This document shows, piece after piece, positions 46,158 through 56,917 of a stretch of 64,000 nt of DNA. Every line of letters begins with the position of its first letter. The stretch's first letter is position 1. The stretch is from positions 32,001 through 96,000 of IMG/VR virus record IMGVR_UViG_3300034062_004313; one strand, given 5' to 3'. This stretch comes from a virus. A model generated the notes under the pieces. That model searched no databases, was not told where the DNA came from, and saw only the letters and a list, made by a program, of their open reading frames with translations. Made by a program: the position numbers and the translations under genes.

Positions 46158-46670
46158 TTAAGGAGTCGGAACTGCATTCTCCTGCAATTCAGCAGTGGCA
46201 GTCACTTTCTTTTCCTTCTTTTCAGGAGTTACACCAGCCAAAGCTTGTGTCAAAGCAGTGATACCGGCAAGGTATTGGTCAGCCCTTTGCTTTTGAAGGT
46301 TACGTCCACGGCCTTTAAATGGGACATTTGTCAGCCACACATTAGGTGAGCGTGTCATTTTGCCAGCAGAATCGAACTGTGGTTTTGCCACATCGAACTT
46401 CATAGCACCTTCATACTTGCCTGTGGCATCATCATAACCCTTCAGGAATTCTTCAAATTCATCTTCACTGATGCGTACTTCTGTACTTTTTACCGGAATC
46501 CTTACGCCTGTAGGAGAAATATAATTCTCACTTGTAGCTTCCACCTCTTCACTGAGGATAAGAATTACGGTGTCTGCATTTACACCTGATTGAGTGTCAA
46601 TAGTTTCCACTTCAATTGTGGTCTTCCTCATACGGGACAAACCTGCTAATAGCTCATGTTTAATAGCCAT
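46158..46670 (-). CDS. hypothetical protein, GC-enriched, probably early/highly expressed
   Basis: 170-aa ORF flanked by terminators on both sides. Confidence 0.75.
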   Translation of the reverse strand: MAIKHELLAGLSRMRKTTIEVETIDTQSGVNADTVILILSEEVEATSENYISPTGVRIPVKSTEVRISEDEFEEFLKGYDDATGKYEGAMKFDVAKPQFDSAGKMTRSPNVWLTNVPFKGRGRNLQKQRADQYLAGITALTQALAGVTPEKKEKKVTATAELQENAVPTP

Positions 46671-46741
46671 AATGTTTACTTTTTGTTTAATTAATAAAAA
46701 ATCTATGTATCATCTAATATGTAGCCTTGCTTGTTTGGTTT

Positions 46742-46780
46742 AAAAAAATAACACAAACCCGCAAAGAGCTTGTGTTATTT
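46742..46780 (-). terminator. intrinsic terminator after 46808..47215
   Basis: AAAUAACACAAGCUC-UUUGC-GGGUUUGUGUUAUUU-UUUU. Confidence 0.75.
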
Positions 46781-47603
46781 GTAAGTGAATACATTAGTGT
46801 TGTAGTATTATCTGTTTTCTAAATTGGCTTCAATTTCTTTTTTAAACTCAACTTTATCCAATTCCATCTGAATCCTGTCTTCTGGAGTTATTACACCATC
46901 AAATATATCTGGATATTTACGGCAGATTCTTTGAGCAACCTTCCCATCAATCATCATTTTTAACCATTTCTGGTAATTGGATTCAAAACCAAGAATGATG
47001 TAAACATACCCTTTGATATCCTTTCTGAATGGGTCAGGTCTGTTATAATGGTCATCAAGATTGAGATAATTCATTTTAACATCATAATTCTTGAGCCTTA
47101 TTTCAACTCCTTGAACATAGCAGTCAGAAACTTCATCAAAGAAGAATACATTATCAATTACTTCTTTGTTCTGGAATATGAGCTTCATAAACTCATTTAA
47201 TGCATAACTAGTCATAATATAACAAGGATAGTAAGATATCAGCTTTTATTTTATAACCAACGATAATATTGAGTGTTCCCATTCATTCCAAAGTACTGAT
47301 TATCAGTAGTGTGTTCAGCTTTTACACCAAATGCAATCCAAGTTCTGTAATAGTCATCATCAGACATATTAAGAGACTTCTTTACACTGATATCAAATCC
47401 CATAAGCTTATTTATCATGGTTTGATAGTTAAACTCTGAAACATATACTTCTTTTGGAAAATTAGGATGATGTTCAGTATTAACATCAATAGTCAATTTG
47501 ATACATTCCTTTTTAGGTTCAAAATACTTGCTTTCTGTTGTGTACAGCATAAAAGATAATTTGTGGGAGAGAGTTCATCACCCTCTCCCGATTAGAAAAT
47601 GGG

Positions 47604-48299
47604 TTACTTAACAGCATAAGGATTAAAATCACCAAATACTTCCTTGTACTTTGCATCAGAAAGAATACCATGAGCTTTACGAGCTTCATTCTTGAGAGCA
47701 TTCTCTGCAACACCAAGAATCTGTAAACTCCTGCGTGAAATGGCTACAACCTTCACATGTTCAGCAAGCCAAACAGTACCATCCCAATTCTTCTTAGCCT
47801 GATAAGCATCAATCATACACTTATCAAGACTCAGTTCAATTGCCTTTGTTTGTTCACCACCAGCAGTTTCACAATCCAAATCCAACTCTGTAGCACTAAC
47901 CAAATCACTCTGAGCAATCTCAAGAGGAATCTTGATAGTATCCACAGTGACAGAGAACTTCTCGGATATTTTCTTCCCCTGAACATTCATCCTTATCTGG
48001 TAAGTGCTATCAATGGTGATAGGTTCGAACAGCTTGAAGATGATGTTCACCTTCTTTTCACCATCAGGCTTTGTGTTATGCAACTCTCCCACCTTAGCAA
48101 AATCACCAGCAAGCACAGCTTCTGCAAGCTCCTTAGTGTGAGCAGCCTTGTCCTTACCAAGTTCATAGACTTCTTGGTCATAGAACCAACCCTTGTAGGA
48201 ACGACCAAATGTTCCGTTATCATGGTCAATGCTAGACTTAGCACTTACATTTTCCAGAGCAGTCTGGAAGCTTTTCAAATTCAAAAGACTCGTTTTCAT
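47604..48299 (-). CDS. hypothetical protein, GC-enriched, probably early
   Basis: 231-aa ORF, preceded by pseudoknot copy 2 and followed by a GGGAGAG/CUCUCCC hairpin. Confidence 0.75.
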   Translation of the reverse strand: MKTSLLNLKSFQTALENVSAKSSIDHDNGTFGRSYKGWFYDQEVYELGKDKAAHTKELAEAVLAGDFAKVGELHNTKPDGEKKVNIIFKLFEPITIDSTYQIRMNVQGKKISEKFSVTVDTIKIPLEIAQSDLVSATELDLDCETAGGEQTKAIELSLDKCMIDAYQAKKNWDGTVWLAEHVKVVAISRRSLQILGVAENALKNEARKAHGILSDAKYKEVFGDFNPYAVK

Positions 48300-48358
48300 A
48301 AAATTGATTGAAGAATGATTCCCTTATTCTTTATTCTCTACTTGGGATTGAAAGAGAT

Positions 48359-48429
48359 AACAGCATTTCTTTAGTCCTTAGAATAGCTGTCCTAAAACTG
48401 TCACCTTTTGGCAGGTTGATGACTACCTC
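48359..48429 (-). ncRNA. pseudoknot RNA motif, copy 2
   Basis: AGGU-A-GUCAUC-A-ACCU-GCCAAAA-GGUGAC-AGUUUUAGG plus an ACAGC...GCUGU hairpin. Confidence 0.7.
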
Positions 48430-48933
48430 TAATTAAGAAGATTAATGTAATTTCAACTGTTTTGCAGAGAAATATACCCCTTCTTGTTTAACAACATCCC
48501 AATAAATGAGATGATTTAGACAATTAGTAGTCCAAATTTGGGTATTGAACTGACCGTAGTCAGATACTCCACCTCTTTCATGGAGTATTTTAGAATCATT
48601 ACTAACTCTTGCAGATTTAACTGCATTACCTGTCAATGTTCCAAAGAACGTTGTTCTAATTGTCATAATATGTCGTTGCCTGAATAGACAGGTTCAACTG
48701 ACCCTTATTGTGATGGATATAAACATATTATTTTGACTTTTCTTTGTAATACAATTTTTACATTATTAATAGAATGAACATAGGGGTAGACCCGGTTTCA
48801 CTTTCTTAACAAGGCATCATTTATCTTACTGTTCTCCAGCTTCACACATAAAACTGATAGGGGGTGTACACACACTTCTTATGTATTCCTATATGTTAAC
48901 ACCTTCTTAAAAAAATTATAAAAAATAGAAAAA

Positions 48934-48965
48934 TTTGGAGTTATTAACTTTTTAAGTTATTTTTG
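48934..48965 (+). promoter_or_regulatory. Bacteroidota primary-sigma promoter at the strand switch, near-leaderless transcript
   Basis: TTTG-N20-TATTTTTG, ending 4 nt before the ATG at 48970. Confidence 0.7.
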
Positions 48966-48969
48966 TCCC

Positions 48970-49587
48970 ATGTCTCAATTAAATGCCAACACTCCTTATA
49001 TATATTGTTATATAAGGAAAGAAATTACGGGATTAGAGAATGATATGGAGGGGTATATCTTTGGAGTGAAGTCTCAATTGAATTATCCTCTCCTTTTTCA
49101 TTTTCAGTCTTCTATAGGAGCTATATTTTGGAATATTCCTATAAGTGGTTTTGTGCATAATTTGGAATATGAAGATTTGGATTTATCTATTCTCGAAACT
49201 TGGGATTGCCAAAGTAATGCTATATCTGTTTTATGTTTTAAGTTTCTTCAGCATAAGAGAGTGGATGTATTTTGTAGAGATGGTATATGGAGGAGTGGAA
49301 TTTATCACTTCACTATAGATGATTACGAAACGGATGTTAATGAAATAAATGTGGGTTATTCTCAAGATATGGATAGTAAGTGTTTTCACTTTATAGAACT
49401 TGATAATGGAAGATTTTGTGTGCATCCTAATAATATATTACGTTGGCATAATGCTGATTTTATTCATCCCTACGATAAAGAAAACCCTCCAAAAATAAAG
49501 TTGAATAATCCCAGAGTTAGTTCTGAAGATGTAGATTTATCATTTGCTAAAAGTGCTTATTATTTAAAATATGAAAGAACCAAATAG
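48970..49587 (+). CDS. conserved phage hypothetical protein
   Basis: LNANTP, LLFH, IPISGF, WDCQS, IELDNGRFCVHPNN. Confidence 0.7.
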   Translation: MSQLNANTPYIYCYIRKEITGLENDMEGYIFGVKSQLNYPLLFHFQSSIGAIFWNIPISGFVHNLEYEDLDLSILETWDCQSNAISVLCFKFLQHKRVDVFCRDGIWRSGIYHFTIDDYETDVNEINVGYSQDMDSKCFHFIELDNGRFCVHPNNILRWHNADFIHPYDKENPPKIKLNNPRVSSEDVDLSFAKSAYYLKYERTK

Positions 49588-51319
49588 AGTACGTAAGAAT
49601 CCTATACAATATAATATACAGTTAGATGAAGAGCAAAAGGCTGGTAAAGCTATAATTCTTCAATATCCTATTACATTAATTACTGGTCAGGCTGGATGTT
49701 TAGGATTAGACACAGAAGTATTAATGTATAATGGAACTTTTAAAAAAGTTCAAGATATTGTTGTAGGTGACCAATTAATGGGACCAGATTCTAAGCCTAG
49801 AAATGTATTATCTTTATGTAGAGGCATAGACCAAATGTATTGGATTAGACAAAATAGAGGAATTGATTATAGAGTTAATAGTAATCATATACTATCATTA
49901 ATAAGAGTTCAAACTGCAAAATATCCAAGAATTGCAGTTGATGGTGTAAGAAAACAAGATTTTTCAAGACCTCCTATTCATCCTAAAAAGGAAACAGTTA
50001 CAAATATAGAAGTTAATAGATATTTTGATTTGGGTTCTAAAAAACAATATATGGGATATATTTCAAATTGTCTTTTCTTTGAAGAAAAGAATTTATCAAT
50101 TGACCCATATTATTTAGGACTTTGGTTAGGAGATGGAAGTAAAAATTGTATAAGAGAAATTACAGCAGCAGATTCTGAAATAATAAATTATTTAATTGAC
50201 AAAGGAGCAAGAGCTAAATTAAATAGTAAATATGCATGGTTATTACCAATAAATTTAGAAACAGTTGAGTCTTTTAAAGATTTATTTTCAATTACAAATT
50301 CTTCAAAATTACCTGAAAAATTTATACCTAATGATTATTTGTTTAACTCAAAAGAAAATAGATTAAAATTGTTAGCTGGTTTATTAGATAGTGATGGACA
50401 TTATATAAAAGATGGAAAATATTATGAAATAATAGTAAAAAATAAAAGATTAGCAGATAATATAACATTTCTATGTAGAAGTCTTGGTTATAAAACTAAT
50501 CAAAGAGACAAGAAAGCTAGTATGAAAAGAGATGATGGTACTATATATAAATGTATTGTTCAAAGAATATCTATAATGACAGAAGATATTATACCTGTTA
50601 TTATAGATAGAAAAAAGAATGAAATTGGTTCTGATTTTAAAAATAGAAAATACACAGGATTCAAAATAGAAAAAGATATTATTGATAATTACTATGGGTT
50701 TACACTTGATGAAGATAATCTTTTTTTATTAAAGGACTTAACCGTTACTCATAATTCAGGTAAAAGTTTAGTTGCTCTACAGACTGGATTGGATTTTGTT
50801 AATAGTAAGATGGGTAAGATGGTATTAACACGTTCTTTAGTAGAGGTTGGAGATGAATCAATGGGTTATTTACCCGGAGATGCTAAAGAAAAGTTAAGTC
50901 CTTATTTAGAAGCAGCAATGGAGAATCTTGAGAAATGTATGTCAAGACAAGAGATTTTAAAGCTTGTTAATGATAATAGGATTGTTGCTGGTCCTGTAAA
51001 CTTCATGAGAGGTAAGACTGTAGAGGATGTGCTTATTGTAGAAGAGGGACAAAATCTTACTATAGGACAGATGTTAGCAGTTTTAACAAGAACTGGTAAG
51101 GAGGGTAAGATTATTATTACTGGTGACTTGGCTCAAAAGGATAGAAGAAAGGAAAGAAGTTATGGAGCATTGGACTTAGCAATTGATTTAGCTAAGGACT
51201 TACCTGAATATATAGGATGGGTAAAACTTAATGGTCAGCATAGACATGATGTGGTTAGTAAGATAAATGACTTAATTTATTCTGATAAATATAAAAATAG
51301 GGTATTCCCTGAAAACTAA
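49571..51319 (+). CDS. phoH: PhoH-family ATPase containing an intein
   Basis: Spliced P-loop GQAG|SGKS, LTRS, MGYLPG, FMRG, EEGQN, LTRTG, ITGDLAQKD, HRHDVV. Confidence 0.9.
   Translation: MKEPNRVRKNPIQYNIQLDEEQKAGKAIILQYPITLITGQAGCLGLDTEVLMYNGTFKKVQDIVVGDQLMGPDSKPRNVLSLCRGIDQMYWIRQNRGIDYRVNSNHILSLIRVQTAKYPRIAVDGVRKQDFSRPPIHPKKETVTNIEVNRYFDLGSKKQYMGYISNCLFFEEKNLSIDPYYLGLWLGDGSKNCIREITAADSEIINYLIDKGARAKLNSKYAWLLPINLETVESFKDLFSITNSSKLPEKFIPNDYLFNSKENRLKLLAGLLDSDGHYIKDGKYYEIIVKNKRLADNITFLCRSLGYKTNQRDKKASMKRDDGTIYKCIVQRISIMTEDIIPVIIDRKKNEIGSDFKNRKYTGFKIEKDIIDNYYGFTLDEDNLFLLKDLTVTHNSGKSLVALQTGLDFVNSKMGKMVLTRSLVEVGDESMGYLPGDAKEKLSPYLEAAMENLEKCMSRQEILKLVNDNRIVAGPVNFMRGKTVEDVLIVEEGQNLTIGQMLAVLTRTGKEGKIIITGDLAQKDRRKERSYGALDLAIDLAKDLPEYIGWVKLNGQHRHDVVSKINDLIYSDKYKNRVFPEN
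49697..50755 (+). mobile_element. 353-aa intein with LAGLIDADG homing endonuclease
   Basis: Starts CLGLDTEV and ends VTHN before Ser; LAGLIDADG-like motifs YYLGLWLGDG and LLAGLLDSDG. Confidence 0.92.
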
Positions 51320-52699
51320 TGGAAAATAAAAGCTTAGTAGATAAAATGAAACCCTTACAGATATTATATAATCTGGATAAGGCTGGTGTAAATGTGGAGA
51401 ACTTACATATCAGTACATTTACTAAACCTTTAGAAGAATCTGTAGAACAATGGTTGGGTAGAATATTTGATAATAATAAAGAAGTATTTGGAGAATACAC
51501 AAAAGAAGATTTTATAAATAATGCATTATATGGACGGTAGAACATTTATTGACAATTTAGAAGATATCCCTTTAAGGGATGATATTAAAAGTATGTCTTT
51601 AAAAAGTCAGAAAAATCTTGAAAATTGGATTGATACTTTAACAAATTCTATATTTCCAAAAGAATGTATAGATACCCCAATGTTAAAATTTAAAGATGTA
51701 AATGATGGAGATGGTTTCAAGATAGAATATATTAATCCAAGAACTCAAGAAAAACAAGAAATTTTAGATAGAGAGAGAGGTATATTTTCTTATACAGAAT
51801 ATTTAACTGAAAATCAGAATAATAAACCTATATTTGCACAATAAAGTTAATCGCTTTATCAAGCATAATCAGGTTTATTATGGAAAATAAAAGAAAAATA
51901 TGGAAAAACTTATAGCAACGATATATTGTCTTGATAAAGAAGATACTATAACTTATGGAGAACTTATGAAAGATAAACTTGGAAAAGATATTGTTATTCC
52001 AAAAAGATTAGCAAGTTTAAAACTTCGTAAAAATAAATTAATTCAAGAAGATTATATGCATAAAGATTATATAGCTGGAATTGACCCATACTTAGATGAT
52101 AATAGTGTTCATTTTTATCAAAGGGAAGGAGATATGGATAATCTTCCTGAATCTACTATTACATATTCCAATACATCTCCAGAAGAATTAACAGAAATAT
52201 TTATGAAACAACCTATTCAGTTACAACAATATGTAACTATAGAAGAGGCTATAAAGAAGTTAACAGAAGAATTATCACAGGATGAAGAACATTATATAGC
52301 TTGGAAAGCTGCTATTGCTATGTCTTTTAAAGATGAAGTGTATAGATTAAGACCTGTTACTAATAGATGGAATAGTGACATTGTTCATAAAATTGCTAAT
52401 AAAGCAGCAGATAACTTTTTAAAACAATTAATAGGATGAATACCAAAGATTTAATATTATATAATGATAATCTTCTACCTAGTCAAAAAATAGAATTTCT
52501 TATATCTGGTAAAATACCAAAAATGGCAGATTATATGGAAGTAGCAGAAAGGGTTTATTATCATGTAAATCCTGAAACTAAAATGGATGTTCCTAATTCT
52601 GCTTATATTACTACAGAAAAATGGTATCATGAATGGTGTAGAGATACTGAAACTGATTTGGATTTATTTAAATGGATACTTAAAAATAAAAAATAAACA

Positions 52700-53227
52700 A
52701 TGAAAACAAAAATTTTTGAAGCTTTAGGACAAGCTTCTATGTGTTGGTCTGAAATTCCAAACGGAGTATTTGATTCTTCTAAAGTATTAGAAGTAGGTAA
52801 TGAACTACTAAAAAGTGTTTATACTACAGAAGGAGTACAAGAAATAATAAATGATTTAGATGGTTCTGAAATAGAACTTATTAATGATAAGTGGCATAGT
52901 TTCAAAGAACTTTATGAATTCAGGAAGATGTATAATGCTGCTTTGTTCAATGAATGGGCTAATCATACTTGGGTTAGAAAAATACAAGGGGATACTGTAA
53001 CAGGTATAAAATTTAGTGTCCATAAGTCATGGAAGCATTATGATGGAGAACTTTGTTTTGGTGGAGGATGGTTTATAGTTAGTGCTATGTTACCTACAGG
53101 ATTGATTTCCAATCATTATGAAGCTAAAGATTGGGATATGTTTAAGATTCCTGAAGTTGAGAAAGCTCTTTTCGAGTATGATGGACATACAGGACAAGAT
53201 GTATTGAATCGTTTAAAACAATTATAA
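52700..53227 (+). CDS. WDGH-domain-like protein
   Basis: HSFKELYEFR, HKSWKHYDG, GWFIV, ISNHY, YDGHT. Confidence 0.6.
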   Translation: MKTKIFEALGQASMCWSEIPNGVFDSSKVLEVGNELLKSVYTTEGVQEIINDLDGSEIELINDKWHSFKELYEFRKMYNAALFNEWANHTWVRKIQGDTVTGIKFSVHKSWKHYDGELCFGGGWFIVSAMLPTGLISNHYEAKDWDMFKIPEVEKALFEYDGHTGQDVLNRLKQL

Positions 53228-54694
53228 TGATAATAACAATAGATAGAAATAATGAAGAAAGGCAATGTCCTATCATAACAATTGATACTAGAAAGTGTTA
53301 TTCCGAATATGCTGTTAGAAATTGTCTTGAATTAGCATTAGAATTAGAGGGTTACTCTGAACAGGATATTGATAGAGTATTTAATTTACAAAGAGATTTA
53401 GTTTGTAAACAAGAAGACTTAACTTAAAATTATAAATATGAAAAATAAAGAATTGTACGGATATATTTTTTCCTATAATTGTTTTACAGATAGATGGATG
53501 GCAACAAATAGAGATAATTATTTTAAGCTCTGGAATGAAGGTTTAAAAGAAGAGGTTCTTGAAAGTAGAAGTATAAATTCTCTTCAGGAGTTGATTATTA
53601 AGGGTAAAGGAGATTTAAGAACAATTTTAAAATTAAAGGAGGCTATATGACATATTTTGAAAACTTCTTTAGATTTCCAAGTGTGGAAGCTGATATGGAA
53701 AACGAATGGGTAAAGAAAGCAAGTGCTGAAAGCATGAGTAAAGAACAAGAATTTAATGTAGATTATGTTATTTCCATGACTGAAATTAGTTCAGATAATG
53801 AAGTGATGTCTATATCAGAAGGATGGTATCCTAATGAATATAGCTTTAATGATGTAAAACAAACACATAAATTTCCATGTACAAGGGTGAACTTTTCAAT
53901 TGAAGGAGACTTTCTTGTTAACTGGCCTTTAAAAGAATTTAAAGTTAAGTGGCAAAAATTTCAAGATAGTCTTCCACAATTAGAAGTGATAGAGTTAAAT
54001 GAAGAAGAAGCAAAAGATTTAATTAACAAATACAAAAAATAATGAAAAATCAACTTAATGGAGCTACCATTCAAAAGCAACAACAAGAATATGCTACAAA
54101 GAAAGAGATGTTAGCAGAAGTGGAAAGATATGAACTTGCTGCTAGAAAGTTTAAAGCAGAGTATGAAATGATGGAATATGCTATGAAAGCACATGAACTA
54201 AAGCCTACCTATAGAGAATTTGCACAAAAAATTATGCAAGAAGCTCAGGAAGCAATGGCTAAAATGCAGGAGAATCCAGATATTACTGTTGAGGAGGAAC
54301 AACAAGATGCTTAAAGGAAATGGAAAGATGTATAATGATAAGTATAATGCTCCAGATACATATACAGATATGGATGGGCAAAGTAAAAACTTCACTCACA
54401 TCAATTACAGTAAAAAATCAAAAATGTCTTTCCAAATGAAAGAAGAGCAAGATTTACAAGAGCTTTTAAAAGCAGACAAATTACGTATACAAGAAGAAAT
54501 ATTAAATCTTCCAGCAAGCATGTTTCCTATGGAATTTCAGGACTTTATTATAAGAGATATTCCAAATGAAAAGATTATATGGAATGAATCTATGATAAGA
54601 GATGAAGGTACACCTTTTACAACACTCCTTTCTTTAAAAACACTAACTTCTAATAGGTTAGAACACTATGGTCCAAAAGCATACTAAAAATAAT

Positions 54695-54726
54695 TTTGGA
54701 AATTTAAACTTTTTTCGTTATTTTAT
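54695..54726 (+). promoter_or_regulatory. promoter-like element before the packaging/head block
   Basis: TTTG-N20-TATTTTAT, 8 nt before the ATG at 54735. Confidence 0.55.
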
Positions 54727-55110
54727 ATAAAACCATGTACTTAATAATTCAAGAGCAAAAACCACATGTACTCAAAGACAAATATTCTGTCTTAAAGGTT
54801 TATCTATATTTACAAATGCTGAAAAAAGGACATGCTCCTTTGGATAATGATATTGACATACTATGTGAATTATTCTTTGCTGGAGGTTATTGTGGTATAA
54901 AGGAAAAGAAATGGTTTTATAAAACAGTGATAGACAAGAAGTTACGTAATTCTGAACAGAGTATAAGTAATAAACTAACCGAATTCTTTGAAAAGAAGGG
55001 ATATATATTTAGGACTGATAGAAATTGTGTAGAGCTTAATTACGATTTCTTCCCAAAAGAAGGGATAGTAGGAGATGTAGAAGGAATTGGTTTATCTTTA
55101 AAGGTGGCAC

Positions 55111-55515
55111 ATGCAAGCTGATATAAAAACAATCTGTAAGAAATTATCAAAAGAAAAGAATATAGATTACAATCTATTAAAGGCTGTGGGTGATACAGTA
55201 TTTAAAGAAACTAAAAAAGTTCTTAATAATCCTCCCAATCTTATTATTAACTTAAAAGGTTTAGGAAGGTGGTATTTAAGAAAGCAACAGATGGAAAGGA
55301 AAATAGAATACCTTGAAGATTACTATAAGTATGAATCTGGTGTTCTACCTGAACCATTGGGTAAGTATTGGGAAAATAAAGAAGTAAAGGAAAAGCTTGA
55401 AGCCTTACTACCTGTTTATGAGAAATATTTAAATAGAAAACAAGAAGTAAGAGATTTAAGAGTGGAACTTGGATTTACAAAAATCATAGAATTAACAGAT
55501 GATGAAGAGGATTAA
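55111..55515 (+). CDS. HU/IHF-like DNA-binding protein
   Basis: ICKKLSKEKNI...VGDTVF...INLKGLGRW; position typical of the crAss-like capsid block. Confidence 0.6.
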   Translation: MQADIKTICKKLSKEKNIDYNLLKAVGDTVFKETKKVLNNPPNLIINLKGLGRWYLRKQQMERKIEYLEDYYKYESGVLPEPLGKYWENKEVKEKLEALLPVYEKYLNRKQEVRDLRVELGFTKIIELTDDEED

Positions 55516-55864
55516 ACACTATATAAAACTGCTTTGTTCAAGAAAGTATTGGACTTGGAGTAATTTTAAAGGAGTTGTACAAGCCTATTTTCGTAAGACT
55601 AAATATGAATATATGGGATATAAAGTTCCGAAGCATATTCATGAACAATATATGTGGAGAGAGATTAAAGCTAAGAAGTGTATAGATAATATAACATGCT
55701 TAAACTGTGATTGTTACATTAAAGAAAGAATCCTTGAAGATAGAGGATGCTCTATAATGGAAGGTAAGGGAAACCTTGTAGGTAAACAAGAACCTTGTTA
55801 TCCAGATTTAATGAAAAGAGAAGTATGGAACAATTATAAAACTAATAATAAAATAAAAATATGA
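55499..55864 (+). CDS. Cys-rich (zinc-binding-like) conserved crAss-like protein
   Basis: EQYMWR...CIDNITCLNCDC...C...CYPDLM...W. Confidence 0.5.
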   Translation: MMKRIKHYIKLLCSRKYWTWSNFKGVVQAYFRKTKYEYMGYKVPKHIHEQYMWREIKAKKCIDNITCLNCDCYIKERILEDRGCSIMEGKGNLVGKQEPCYPDLMKREVWNNYKTNNKIKI

Positions 55865-56154
55865 TATTAAACTTACCAACCAAAATAGATTTTGGTCAAA
55901 TGAAATTTGGTAGCTCTTATAGTAGAGATTACATAATTAAAAACACTACAAATCAAGGGATTAATATTACTGATTTTTCTAAAAGCTGTAGTTGTGTACA
56001 AGCTTCTTTAAAAGTGAGTCACCTATCTCCAAATGAATCCACTACTATAAATGTCACTGTAACTCCGGGTTCTACAGGATTATTCAGTAGAAGTATGGCA
56101 TTTAAAATAAATGGGCAATCATATACAGTAACATTAACAGGACATGCAAGTTAA
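55861..56154 (+). CDS. DUF1573-like Ig-fold protein
   Basis: IDFG, IKNTT, SCSCV, LSPNES, LTLTG. Confidence 0.7.
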   Translation: MILNLPTKIDFGQMKFGSSYSRDYIIKNTTNQGINITDFSKSCSCVQASLKVSHLSPNESTTINVTVTPGSTGLFSRSMAFKINGQSYTVTLTGHAS

Positions 56155-56917
56155 ATTTATAGAGAGTACCCATCAATATTTAAGTGATAAAGGAGAGCTT
56201 ACATCTGTTTCAAAATTCGTAAAAGGTTTTGAAGTTGAGAAAGATTGGAAAAAGATTGCTGAAAAGAATGTAAGGAACCTAAAGAAATATAAAGGTATAA
56301 TAAAAACTGTAGACCAAGTTCTTAAAGAATGGGAAAATAAAAGAAATCTTGGAAGTGCTGCTGGTACAATATTACATGAAATAAAAGAGAAGCAAAGAAT
56401 AGAATCATGCTCTAATATTAAACATTCTGGATTTAAAGGAGAAGATGGTGGAAAGGTGAGCTTTGATTTATCTTTATTAGAAGATGGTTATATTTATCCT
56501 GAACTTATGTTATATGATTTTGATTATATGGTTTGTGGTCAAAGTGATGAAGTAGAAATTCTTGATAGAAAGATTAATATCATAGACTATAAATCAGATA
56601 AGAGTATAGATTTTAAAGCCTATCAAACAGAATGGACAGAACCTGAATATCTATTACCACCTTTAAATCACTTACAAAATTGTAATGGTAACCTATATGC
56701 TCTAAAGATGTCCTTATATATGTATATGGCATGGAAACAATGCAGAGGAAAGTTTAAACCCGGCAAGATAATACTCAAATGGTGTCCTATAGAACGTGAT
56801 GAAGATGGTATACCTATATTATATGATGGAATACCAAAAATAATAAAAGAACAGGATATAGAACTTCCATATATGAAACAGGAAGTGTTAAAAATGCTAG
56901 AATGCTACCAAAAATAA
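56144..56917 (+). CDS. PD-(D/E)xK exonuclease
   Basis: FIESTHQY, TSVS, GTILH, PE, CGQSD, IIDYKS, YALKMSLY. Confidence 0.8.
   Translation: MQVKFIESTHQYLSDKGELTSVSKFVKGFEVEKDWKKIAEKNVRNLKKYKGIIKTVDQVLKEWENKRNLGSAAGTILHEIKEKQRIESCSNIKHSGFKGEDGGKVSFDLSLLEDGYIYPELMLYDFDYMVCGQSDEVEILDRKINIIDYKSDKSIDFKAYQTEWTEPEYLLPPLNHLQNCNGNLYALKMSLYMYMAWKQCRGKFKPGKIILKWCPIERDEDGIPILYDGIPKIIKEQDIELPYMKQEVLKMLECYQK

Noticed and set aside
47757-48311. 184-aa plus-strand ORF and other antisense ORFs in the track (for example 611..844, 4558..4845, 45311..45622)
   Set aside because: They are shadows of minus-strand genes with atypical composition and no initiation context.
46138-48316. 12-bp inverted repeat (attcttcaatca / tgattgaagaat) linking two UTRs 2.2 kb apart
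   Set aside because: Matches of this length are expected by chance in AT-rich DNA, and a terminator lies between them.
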